A stretch of 64,000 nucleotides of DNA from IMG/VR virus record IMGVR_UViG_3300036952_000026, positions 1,547 through 65,546 of that record, one strand, 5' to 3'. The notes under the pieces are model-generated. The model was not told the DNA's origin, searched no databases, and saw only the letters and a list, made by a program, of their open reading frames with translations. Positions 25,680 to 35,305 of this stretch are shown here, piece after piece; the stretch's first letter is position 1; each line of letters starts with the position of its first letter. This DNA comes from a virus. Its lineage: Duplodnaviria > Caudoviricetes. Position numbers and translations under genes: made by a program.

Positions 25680-26575
25680 CCGCTATTACGATCTGGTCCG
25701 TACGCCCACGGTGGACCAATCCGCTGAGACACCGCGAGCCCAGGAGGAAGCTCTGCAGGTGGGGCATTCTCCGCGCTAGGTCATGCCAAGCAGCGGGAGA
25801 TTCATGCACGGCCGGGTCTCTACTCACGCAGTCCTCTCCTATGTAGGAGACAAAAGCCTTTGGATTCCGACATTAACCGGGCGACACTCCGGTCTGTGTA
25901 TCGCCTCGCAAACCACGATGTCACTCGTAGCGGATGCATCCCGCGAGGGTACGTGCACGGCATTAAGAACTTATCCGAGTGTGGTATTCGAAACCACGGG
26001 GTCCTCTCATAGAGCCATCAACGCTCGAGGGCAGACCTCTTGTTGACGTCACCTTTTGTCCACTCAGGCAACTCGGATATGCAAGGCTAACTAGCTGTCG
26101 ACTGGGCTCGCCCACCCACTAGCTTCCTCTAACCACTTCGATTCTCCATAACCCGTTGATAGCCCCCTCCGATGAACGGCAGGTACAGGTGGGTCATTCC
26201 GGCTTAGTGATGGATTATCAGGCTAGCTAACCAGTATGCGATCGAAGCCAGGATCACAGGTTTGCCTGGCGTGTGCGAATATGCCCTGTACATCGGACTG
26301 TCTACCGATTGTATCGCACTCATAATTCCCGCATCGGCCGACGGTGCACTCAGGCCTTGCAGTTAAAGAACTCACCCGGACGTCGTGGGCCGGATCCAGC
26401 TTCGACAGCTGATCTGATCCATGTTCACGCGACGATCTAGAGAACCTCCCTTCCTTGCGGTTTAGGGACGTCCAGGACTTGAGCACAGACGGCTTCAGAC
26501 GCATCGTCCACCATCTGCTACTCGGCGATTCGGATCAGGGTCCACGTAGGGGCGCGACCTCCTTCACCATCTACC
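25680..26575 (-). ncRNA. candidate large structured non-coding RNA (about 0.9 kb)
   Basis: No credible ORF; many hairpins, GNRA loops on the minus strand and a 9-bp long-range helix; boundaries approximate. Confidence 0.6.
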
Positions 26576-26578
26576 GAA

Positions 26579-26875
26579 CTACTTGCTGAGCGAGCCGGGG
26601 CGGTAGACCTCGGTGTACGAGCCCTCGTTCTTGCGCTTGTCAGCGACAGCGCCGGTGGCGTACAGCTCGAACTGCTTGACGCGGCGTGCGAGCCGGGACT
26701 GGGCCTTCGTCATCGGACGCTGCTTGTGCTTGGCCGCCTGGGCCTTGCGTGCGTCGTCCTCGGGGCTGCCGTCGCCAGTCACGATGATGCGCCCTGCTCC
26801 GGTGCCGCCGGGGACGCTGTGGGGGTTGAGCTGTCGCGTACGGGCTTCACCGTTCCGCTTCGCGTTGCCCTTCAC
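26579..26875 (-). CDS. basic (K/R-rich) hypothetical protein, 98 aa
   Basis: GTG start overlapping the upstream stop (GTGA). Confidence 0.7.
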   Translation of the reverse strand: MKGNAKRNGEARTRQLNPHSVPGGTGAGRIIVTGDGSPEDDARKAQAAKHKQRPMTKAQSRLARRVKQFELYATGAVADKRKNEGSYTEVYRPGSLSK

Positions 26876-27039
26876 TTGCGACCACCCTTCTTCGCACCAG
26901 CCGGCGTGCGACGACGAGCCGCAGCGCTGCCGGGGATGGTCGAGCCGAGGCCCGTCTGTCCGAGGAAGCGGTTGAAACGGGTTGCGTCGCTCTCACGCGG
27001 CGGAGCCGTCTTCGTCTGCTTGTCCTTTTCCTTACCCAT
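26872..27039 (-). CDS. basic 55-aa protein MGKEKDKQTK...AKKGGRK
   Basis: Hand translation; AAGGAG SD; directly downstream of the promoter at 27128. Confidence 0.7.
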   Translation of the reverse strand: MGKEKDKQTKTAPPRESDATRFNRFLGQTGLGSTIPGSAAARRRTPAGAKKGGRK

Positions 27040-27127
27040 TGGGTTTTCTCCTTGTTGTGTGTGAGACGTTAAGAGAACTGTAGTATGGCGTCCTCATCAG
27101 CTAGGCTGATAAGGTACTACAGTATCT

Positions 27128-27155
27128 CTCATTATGAGGGTTGTAGATCTTGCGA
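27128..27155 (-). promoter_or_regulatory. phage promoter motif with structured 5' leader
   Basis: TCGCA-AGATC-TACA-ACCCTCA-TAATGAG. Confidence 0.85.
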
Positions 27156-27156
27156 G

Positions 27157-30100
27157 CTACCGCACGGTCTTGAACGCGGCGGTCGCGTCATCATGGTTGA
27201 ACCAGTGACGTACGGACTCCTGGGCCCGCTGTCGATCCCAACCCCAGGCGAGGAGCTGCATGTACCACTGCTTGGCGTTCATTCCTGGTTCTCCTTGTTG
27301 TGTTCGATCTCGAACGACACCTGAACGTGCTGTCCGATCTTGTGGGTTCCTGCCGGGGCCGCGAACGTGAACTTCTGCGCGCTCCCCCAGCGGGTGCTGT
27401 TGGAGTTGCAGATCACGAACTCGGTGTTCTCGTCGGGGTGCTTCTTGAGGAGCGTCACGGTCAGTTGCGTGATCGCCGGAGCGGGTGCTTCTGGGGGCAT
27501 TTTTCCTCCTGGTTTCTTGGGTAGGTGAACCGTCGGATTACGGTCACCATTTGATGAAAGGTAAAGCAGAATCCGGATGCGTAGTTTCCATCGACCGACC
27601 AGTGCCAGCCGTACCAGGTCTTGCGCATCCAGACTCGCTTACCCGTCGAGGCCGGCATCCGGTCGTTTGTGATCGACCGCTCGCAGTTCACCCGAGGATG
27701 GAGAGCGAGGAGTCGTTCGGGGGGCAGTCACATGCGTACCAGTCGCCTCGGCAACGGTTGCAACGGTACGAGCCATCCCTGAGCTGCGTCGCCTCATCTT
27801 CTGTCGGAACTGGACAGCCTTCCATTGCTCCTCCTGGTTGCGGATATAGTCGCTGACGACGGGTGCGACCAACGCGGTAAGCACGAAGAACACCGTCGCG
27901 ACTTGGAACAGGAACCGAACCACGAGCCAGAAGCCCGTGTGGTAGTCCTGCCCAAGGGTGAACCCCGTGGCAAACACCAGGAAGATCACCCACTTGAAAC
28001 GCTTGTCTTGATTCATATGGCGAAAGCCTTTCCGTCCATCTTGATTGTTCTTCCTGTGACCCACCGAAGGCCCTCGCACTGACGACAGACCAACTCCACG
28101 GGAGTATCGAGTCGTAGCGAAGAGCTTCGGATGGAGACGTCTTCCTCTTCTTGGTAGTGACCACATTCCTGGAACTCGAATATGACGGAAGTACGAATCT
28201 TCTCGTCGTCCTCGAGCACCCGATGATCACCGTAATCCACGACGGCTACCATCCGAATATGACCATCCCGATGTAGTTGAAGAACCTGCGTAGCCGCCTC
28301 ATCCGAAGTTCCGGTAGAGGAGGTACGTGATTCCCAACAAGAAGAAGCCGAACGCGAGTCCGATTGCCAACACTGAGTAGAAGATCACCGCCGGGGCTTC
28401 ATCGACCCAGCTCGTCATCTGCTCGTAGAGACTGAGCTCTTCCTCGGGTGCCAGGGCTTCGGCCATTCGTCGGCGATCTTCCGCGGCAACGACCTGGTCC
28501 CAGTTCACCTTGCTCCAGTCGACCTCGTCCAACCAGCTGATGGCGGCTTGATCGATTGGGGTGTTCTCGATGCCCTCGCCGTCACACCAGAAGACCTGGT
28601 CGGCATGGGTGTAGTCGTGGGGTGGATGATCCTCGCCATCGAGAGCGAGATCGCACGGGGTGCTAGTGGTCCATCGGGCCATGTTTTCTTCTCCTGTTGT
28701 TGGGGCTTAGAAAGCCCAGTCCCACACGGCGTCAACCGCTGCGAACATGAGGATGCAGAAGATCACGAAGATCGCAATCCAGAACACGCATCCGAAGCAG
28801 CCGACTTCCTTGGTTTGGGTTGTTGCCATCAGTAGTTCTCCCATCCGTTGTTCCACATCTCCGTCTTGATGGCGAGGATGTCGTCTTGGTTGTGGTAGTT
28901 GCAGTCCTGAGCGATCTCAAGGGATCCTTGTCCCTGCTTGAGGCCTCTCTGGATCCTGGTCTTCTCGAGGTCCTTCCGAACCCGGTCGGTCCAGTCGATG
29001 ATGCGCTGGCCATACACACGGAGGATGATCAGCTTCCAGACCACCTGCCAGATGACACAGCCGATGATGACGCCAAGAAGGACGGTCTTCATCGGTTCGC
29101 CACCCGGCTCTTGTGCGCGATCTTGCCGCGACGACGGTTGCGCTCCTTGCGCTTGGCCGGCGGGGACTGTGTGGGCTTCCACTCCCAGCGGTCGCGCATG
29201 ACCGTTCCGTCCGCCTTGTGACGGGTGCGCCACTGCCAGAACTTCTTCTGCCGGCGGTTCTCGGCTCGCCGCTCGGCCCGGTTGGGCTCACGGTAAGCAG
29301 GACGAAGATCGAGGTCCGGGTTGGTGTCCTTGGTGATCGTCTTGCCGAGCATGTGCTTGAAGGGATTTTCCATGTTCTTCTCCTGTTGTTGGGTGAATTA
29401 CTTCTTGAAGATGTGCTTCAACGGCTTGATCTCGATCTGCGTCGAGCCTCCGGAAACGATCGACAGAGCGACCGCGGCAGTGAGGACGTAGCCAACGTAT
29501 CGGGTGACCTTGAGCGCGGCTCGAGCCGCAGTGGAATTACGCATCGACATCGATGTCTCCGTTCAGTTCTCTGGCGGTCTCCAGACGCTCACCAACGGCT
29601 TGCATCATGAAGTTGAACTCGCTGCCGATCCGGCGGACGACCTCTTCTGGCACGAGATCGGGATCGTCAACGATGTCAGAACACGCTTCCGCGCAGTTCT
29701 GCGTGACCGTGAGCACCTCTGCGACGAGGTGCGCGTTCTTCTCGGCGACCTTGTTGGCCTGCCGGAGCTTGATCACAGCAACCGTGGTGCTCACGGCCTG
29801 CATGGCCACCGAACCCAAGGCGACTTCTCGCCAAGGCACCACGTTGAGATTGATTCTCTTCATTCGTTTCTCCTTTGTTGGAATATGAGCGGCATACGTT
29901 CGCCCCAGGTATGCCAGCCGGGTAGGAGGGTGCAGGTCTCAGCCGGAGCCCACACCAGCGATCAGCCAGCGTTGAACGATGCGAGAACAACGCCGGGTGG
30001 GACCTTGCCCGTGGGCACGCCAAGCTTGAGGCAAGTCGTCTGGGTTCGGTCCAAGAACTCGGGGTTGAGGGCCCGAGTGCTGTCTTCTTCTCCACCCCAT

Positions 30101-30727
30101 CGTGACGCCATCTTGCGGGCATCACGTGCGCTCTTGGCCACCACGACGAAGCCGTCATGGTAGTCGAGGTGATTGCGGGGGTGGATCATGAGGTGCAGCT
30201 CGTAGATGTTCATGGCTTCCGTCCGATCTCGTGGAAGACGACGCCGTCGACGTTGAAGTCGAGAGCAATTCGTCCTTCGGCCATGCTGATGAAGTCGAAC
30301 TCGACGAACGTGTCGTTGTTCACCTGCTGGGACCAGCCGAGCACTGAACCAGGAGCCGTGGCCTCGAATCCGAGCGCCTGGTAGACGTCGTTCAAGAGGA
30401 TATGCCCTTTGGCTCGAAGGTGATGGTTCATGTGGTTTTGGACGGTGCGAAGGAACACCTCGTTCATGTCGGGGCTAGCCGACCAACTTGGGCAGCTCTC
30501 GTCGAACCACTTGGACGTCTGGTCGATCATCACGCCACCGTCACGGCGGGGCTCTGGGTGAGGGCGAGCCATCCGAAGAAGATCTGGCCCTTGGTCGTCA
30601 GCGCCTTGAAGTGAGCCGAGGTCTCCGTCTGGCCGACTTCACCGACGTGCCCTTCGCGGATCATGGTCCGGAAGATCCGGTAGTGACCAGCGGTGAACTT
30701 GTTGGGGAACTGGAGGTTCAGGTACAT
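27157..30727 (-). CDS. operon of about 13 small hypothetical CDSs (e.g. 27157-27282, 27279-27500, 27639-28016, 28013-28252, 28299-28682, 28829-29092, 29089-29373, 29537-29863, 29962-30213, 30530-30727)
   Basis: Coupled minus-strand ORFs with AGGAGAA SD and C/A-rich leaders. Confidence 0.55.
30210..30530 (-). CDS. stand-alone copy of the C-terminal domain of 40516-41391 (DUF6353-like)
   Basis: LRAKGHILLNDVYQALGFE..GW..LDFNVDGV. Confidence 0.7.
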   Translation of the reverse strand: MIDQTSKWFDESCPSWSASPDMNEVFLRTVQNHMNHHLRAKGHILLNDVYQALGFEATAPGSVLGWSQQVNNDTFVEFDFISMAEGRIALDFNVDGVVFHEIGRKP

Positions 30728-30858
30728 TCTTGTTTCTCCTGTTGTTGGGTTGTGTTGGTATTACATTTGAGGACCCGTAGGGACACCTAATCCCCTCTTC
30801 CACGACTTCACAGGGAGCGGTCGCAGGCGTGCTTAAAGGCTATACACTAGGGGTCCAG

Positions 30859-31308
30859 TGGAGGTGGGGGGAATCGAACCCCCGTCCACGATGGCTTTCT
30901 GTACACACATCTACATGGTAGCTGGTTTGATGAGCCAGCACTCGGGGCCAAACCGGGTAGGGTTTGACGCTCCACCACTCAGTCTTTCCTGAGAGTCAAT
31001 GTTTTAGCCAGTGTTGCTGTTTCAAACCCGCTGGCAGGTCATGCGAGCAGTCTGACTAGGTCAGACGGCGACCGAAGCATCGGCGAAGAACGCCTCAGCC
31101 TCAGCGTCGAAGTTAGCCATGGCGTCAGCCACAACCAGATCCTCGACAGCAGCCTCGAAGGCTGCATCATTCGCAACGGCAACGTGATCGTTGGCGTTTA
31201 ATGGTTGAAGTAGCTGTTGTTTAGGCCGAAGCCAACCAGTCTGCCACTTCCTAACTGGTCATGCAGTGCGTACGTACTCGTTCCACCATGTCGAAACCGG
31301 TCACCCCC
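30859..31308 (-). ncRNA. ssrA: phage-encoded tmRNA (450 nt), tag ORF 31061-31195
   Basis: 5' GGGGGTGACCGGTTTCGAC; 3' GGACGGGGGTTCGATTCCCCCCACCTCCA; 7-bp acceptor stem with G3.U and A discriminator; ATTAAAC precedes the GCC resume codon. Confidence 0.95.
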
Positions 31309-31351
31309 TGGGGCGGTCTCCATTTAAGGATAGAGACCAACTCCTCACTTC

Positions 31352-31993
31352 CTAGCCCTCGGTCGGAGGGTCCACCGGTCCGGGGTCCGCAGCCACGGAG
31401 TCACCCACGGGCGAATCCTCCGGCGTGTCGAGCGGGGGTGCGATGGTGCCGTTCTCGACGAGCTCGTCGATCGTGATCTCACCAGCATCCTCAGGCTCCT
31501 GGTCGTGGGGGACGTCCTCGACGACCTCGGGGATGGGCTCGGAATCGCCCTCCTCGGGGGTGGGGTCCGTTGACTCGAGCACCTCGGCCACACCTTCCGA
31601 GTCCACAGCGACCGTGACGCCGGTGTCGATGGCCTGCTCCGTCTGGATCTCGACCGGCTCGGAAGAGGGGCTGAGACCGGCGACGACGCTCTCGAGGTCG
31701 CTGAGGGTGATGGCGTTGCCGTCGTCCGAGAGGGACACCCGACTCAGGGTCGGGTCGAATCCCAGAACCTCAACCACGCTGTCCAGAAGGAAGCTCAGCG
31801 CCTGTGCCTGCTCCGGGTCGTAGTCGGCGAGGAAGAGCCCCAGGTCGGGGATCGAGTTGTTCTCACCGCTTTCCGGAAGAGCGCGCCGGAGGTCGAGGAC
31901 GAGAACGACCTGCTCCTGGCCCTCGGGAAGTGCGTTGGTGGTGCTGGTCTCCTCAACGGAGTCGGCACCGGGGTCATTCGGGGTGATCTGCAT
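31352..31993 (-). CDS. acidic low-complexity hypothetical protein
   Basis: 213-aa D/E/P-rich ORF, AAGGAG SD, immediately upstream of the tmRNA. Confidence 0.7.
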   Translation of the reverse strand: MQITPNDPGADSVEETSTTNALPEGQEQVVLVLDLRRALPESGENNSIPDLGLFLADYDPEQAQALSFLLDSVVEVLGFDPTLSRVSLSDDGNAITLSDLESVVAGLSPSSEPVEIQTEQAIDTGVTVAVDSEGVAEVLESTDPTPEEGDSEPIPEVVEDVPHDQEPEDAGEITIDELVENGTIAPPLDTPEDSPVGDSVAADPGPVDPPTEG

Positions 31994-31996
31994 GTA

Positions 31997-32848
31997 TTAC
32001 TCCTTGGTGTCTGGGTTTGGTGTTGGGTCTTCGTCTTCCTCGTTGAAGACGTCGATCGTGAGGTTGATGGCAGTCACACGCCGACCTTTGTGGGGACCAT
32101 CCAAGGTTCCCTCAATGGTGAATGTGTGACCTTCCTCCAAAAATGGCAGGATCTCCTTCGGAAAGGTGATCAGCCCTGCTTGGACTGTCGTGTGTTCCCC
32201 GACGGTAAGGGGGAACGTCACGCAACCTCTCGACCACTCGGGTGGGCCGGGCTTGATGTCCGAAGACGGCCTAGCCACCGCGTACCGCCAGGATCGATGT
32301 CACGTCCTTGCTGGGGAGCCCGAAGATGCGCCCATCCTTGGCCCGGAACCAGAAATGCGGCTCAGAGACGGTGGACTGCGCATTGTCGTGAACCGCTTGG
32401 TCCGTGAGCAAACCGTAAAGACCACCATGGGTCTTTCCAGTCTCATCGATCCACTCGATGCGGACGTCGCACATCAGGCCACCCGCTTCACGTTGCGGTG
32501 CTGCCGGCCCATCTGCTGCGCCTTGCCCTGCTTGATCCACACGCCGGGGGCGGGGATGAACAGGAAGCGCGTGTTCGCGGCCGGACCGTTGACGTGCTCG
32601 CCGACGTACTTGTAGATCTGCTCGGTCGTCTTGAGGGGACGGGCCCGATCCGCCTTGGGGTCGAGGATCTTCGCCATCACGGCATCGCGAACGAGCCGCA
32701 TGTGCGAGAGGGGCTGGTCCCGAAGGACGTGGCGCATGACCGCCGACTTCCCCTTACCTTCGACGACGTCTTCGTTGACGAAGTTGAAGAAATAGAAAGT
32801 GCCGATCTTGCACGTGAACTTGGTGTAGCGACGAGGGGTGGTGGACAT
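31997..32848 (-). CDS. three hypothetical CDSs (31997-32278, 32271-about 32477, 32474-32848)
   Basis: Coupled ORFs downstream of the promoter at 32945. Confidence 0.6.
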
Positions 32849-32944
32849 GTTTTCTTCTCCTGGGTTGAAAATGGAAATGAGAAGTACCAAGCAAAGTTAG
32901 TGGGAAGCTAACTAATATTGGGGTCAAGATATTGCTATCTCCTT

Positions 32945-32972
32945 CTCATTAAAGGGCTTGTAAATCTTGCGA
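32945..32972 (-). promoter_or_regulatory. phage promoter motif with structured 5' leader
   Basis: TCGCA-AGATT-TACA-AGCCCTT-TAATGAG. Confidence 0.85.
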
Positions 32973-33011
32973 GCCCTGGCCAGCCGAACTGAATACCAGG
33001 GCCCACGAGAT

Positions 33012-33647
33012 CTACGACTTGATGACGGAATCGAGTCCTGAGCGGTACTTCTCGAGAGCAGAGGGCTCTTCGGAAGGCTCCGGAATGTCGTCCCCGCCCT
33101 CGCACTTCTTGTAGATGCACTCCTGAGCGAGGGGCGTGCCATGCTCGCACGTGGGGCCCTCATCGGCCTCGACCGCGGCTACGGGCTCCTCAGGGGCCTC
33201 TGTGGTCACCTCAGATGCGGCGAAGCTTCCGGTCTCTGCGATGGTTGCCTCCTCGTCGAGACGTTCGACCACCGGTTCGGGGACCAGTGGCTCGGAGTCG
33301 ATGACGGGAGCGACCGCGAGACCAAGCTCCTCGTAGGTCAGACGACCGTGAAGGAACTCGACCACGGGTGCGGTCTTGTCGTTCAGCTCACCGAACTGCT
33401 CGAAGAACGTCTTGCGGGAGTAGCAGCGAACGTGCCCCTTCAGGACGGTCGCGAAGAAGCCAGGCCACACCTTGAAGTTGTTGCCCACCTTCTTCTTGTC
33501 CGACTTGATGAACGGGGTGCCCTTGTCATCGCACAGCTCCCCCACGTGAGGAGCAAGCTCGGCGATGTTGTCCTGGGTGATCTCGAACGCCTGGACCTGG
33601 AACGGACGGCGGACGTAGGTGTCGGTTTCGAACTCTTCGAGCTTCAT
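33012..33647 (-). CDS. hypothetical protein; N-terminal domain resembles 34326-34610, acidic tail
   Basis: YVRRPFQVQAF...FFEQF versus YTKKPVKIEA...IFEQTY. Confidence 0.65.
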   Translation of the reverse strand: MKLEEFETDTYVRRPFQVQAFEITQDNIAELAPHVGELCDDKGTPFIKSDKKKVGNNFKVWPGFFATVLKGHVRCYSRKTFFEQFGELNDKTAPVVEFLHGRLTYEELGLAVAPVIDSEPLVPEPVVERLDEEATIAETGSFAASEVTTEAPEEPVAAVEADEGPTCEHGTPLAQECIYKKCEGGDDIPEPSEEPSALEKYRSGLDSVIKS

Positions 33648-34326
33648 TCGGTGTTCTCCTTCTTGGCATCGCTGCCATCGTCATCGTTGTTGGATTCTCC
33701 CGCAACCGGCCGCTTCTTTGCCGTTGCGTAATTCAGTACCTCTTCGGGGATCTCACGAAGCATGACTTCACCGATCGCACCGAGCTTTCGCTCTTCTTCA
33801 CAGGTTGGGCCAGTCCCTTCGAGACCTACTTCACCTCTGCTCTTGAGTTCTTCCAGCAGTTCACGCGTCGTTGCCAACCCGAGCAGCGGTTCATTGTCGA
33901 GCAGCCCAGCTTCCTTCAGCTGAGTCAGAACGCGAATGGCGACGATCTCTGACATCGCCACGTCCTTGGGATCGATGGTGATCTCTGCCTCGTCGTCGTT
34001 GCCGTAGATCGCCCACGCGGCAGCATTGGTAGCTACAGCAAGGCGCTTACGTCCACGCTCTCGGATTTCATTCAGGATTGGAGACGGTGTCTCGGCTTCC
34101 GATACTTCAGTTTGTTCGGTCATCAGTCCTCACTGAATTCGCTAAGGGCCGACAGAATATCGTCAGCCATTCCTTGGGCTATCTCGAGTTGCTCTTGATC
34201 CACGTCAACGAAGCCGCGTTCTTTTGCAACCGGATCGTCTTTGGCAAAGAGCGACCACAGGATAACCTGGGTAACTATCTCTCGCTTCAGATCGAGTCCG
34301 CCTAACGGTTTCGGGACGCGGATCAT
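33644..34326 (-). CDS. two hypothetical CDSs (33644-34123, 34123-34326)
   Basis: Coupled ORFs. Confidence 0.6.
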
Positions 34327-34610
34327 TAGTCCTCACTCTTTTCGTAGGTCTGCTCGAAGATGTCCGGCTTGCAGGGGTAGAACTCGCCCTGGACACCCTT
34401 GATGATGTAATCGCCAAAGCTCGCAGTCATGACCCCTTCCAGAGTCGTGATTTCGAGATATGACGTACCTTGTTCGAGATCCTCCTTGAAGTGGAACACG
34501 CCCTCGCACCAGTTGGCGAGTTGCGTGCCCACTTCGAGAACCTGATCCGGTCCCATGCCGACGAGACGTCGAGCCTCGATCTTCACGGGCTTCTTCGTGT
34601 AGAACCCCAT
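34326..34610 (-). CDS. conserved phage protein (PGDYG-like: ITTLEG..GDYIIKGVQGEFYPCKPDIF)
   Basis: Recognisable motif. Confidence 0.75.
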   Translation of the reverse strand: MGFYTKKPVKIEARRLVGMGPDQVLEVGTQLANWCEGVFHFKEDLEQGTSYLEITTLEGVMTASFGDYIIKGVQGEFYPCKPDIFEQTYEKSED

Positions 34611-35110
34611 CAGAAGGGCTCCTCATTGGCGGGCGCATCAGCCTTGGCGACGCCTGCGGTGAAGCCGTACTTCATCATGAGGGGGTCCTCATCGATGGTG
34701 ACGTAGGCCGTCTTCAGATATGCAGCACGCCCGGTGCCCATACCGCTGTTGTGGTCGTACGGTCGAAGCACGCAGTCGAACTGCTTGATGTCGACCGAAT
34801 CGAGGATCGCGACCATGTCCTCGGTGAGGATCGTGTGACCCTTGGAGGTGATCATCACGATGACGGGTGGCTTGTAGCCCTGGAACCCGCACTTCACCTG
34901 GAGGAAATGGAACCCCTCCGACCCTTCGTGGTCGCTGGGCTCCTTGAACTTGACGTTCCACTTGCGGGTCGCCATGTCTGCTGCCTCTTCTGGGGTCAGC
35001 ACGAGACAGAAGGTACGCGTGCCTGCCGGGTTGAAATCCGTTGCCCTACCCTCGAAGTTGGAGTAGACGATCGGATGATCTTCGAAGGTTTCGAGACCTG
35101 CTTCAGTCAT
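34610..35110 (-). CDS. single-stranded DNA-binding protein
   Basis: YSNFEG..FNPAG.RTFCLVL..AYLKTAYVTI, acidic C-terminus ending EEPF; next to the replicase. Confidence 0.7.
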   Translation of the reverse strand: MTEAGLETFEDHPIVYSNFEGRATDFNPAGTRTFCLVLTPEEAADMATRKWNVKFKEPSDHEGSEGFHFLQVKCGFQGYKPPVIVMITSKGHTILTEDMVAILDSVDIKQFDCVLRPYDHNSGMGTGRAAYLKTAYVTIDEDPLMMKYGFTAGVAKADAPANEEPF

Positions 35111-35305
35111 TGGTTGGCTCCTTCAGTTGTAGCCAGTATGTGTTCGGCTCCGCATCGTCTTCGACGAACCCCAAGAGTTCAAGACGAATGCGCATTCTTT
35201 GTTCAAACGCCCAAATATCGGCACGGATTCGATTGGTCTGTCGGTACATCATGCCGGCATGGACGCCGTTGTAGTTGATTGGCGCTTCTTCCCAAGCGAG
35301 TTCTT

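Noticed and set aside
25783-26504. ORFs 25783-26046 (+) and 26223-26504 (-) as genes
   Set aside because: No SD, atypical codon usage and composition; they overlap dense hairpins
27091-27101. Hammerhead ribozyme (CTGATGAG core on the minus strand)
   Set aside because: No stem II-GAAA or NUH cleavage triplet in the required arrangement; CTGAT is paired in a leader hairpin
30859-30890. tRNA (T-arm GGTTCGATTCC)
   Set aside because: It pairs with the 5' end at 31302-31308 around a tag ORF, so it is the tRNA-like domain of a tmRNA; no other tRNA was found
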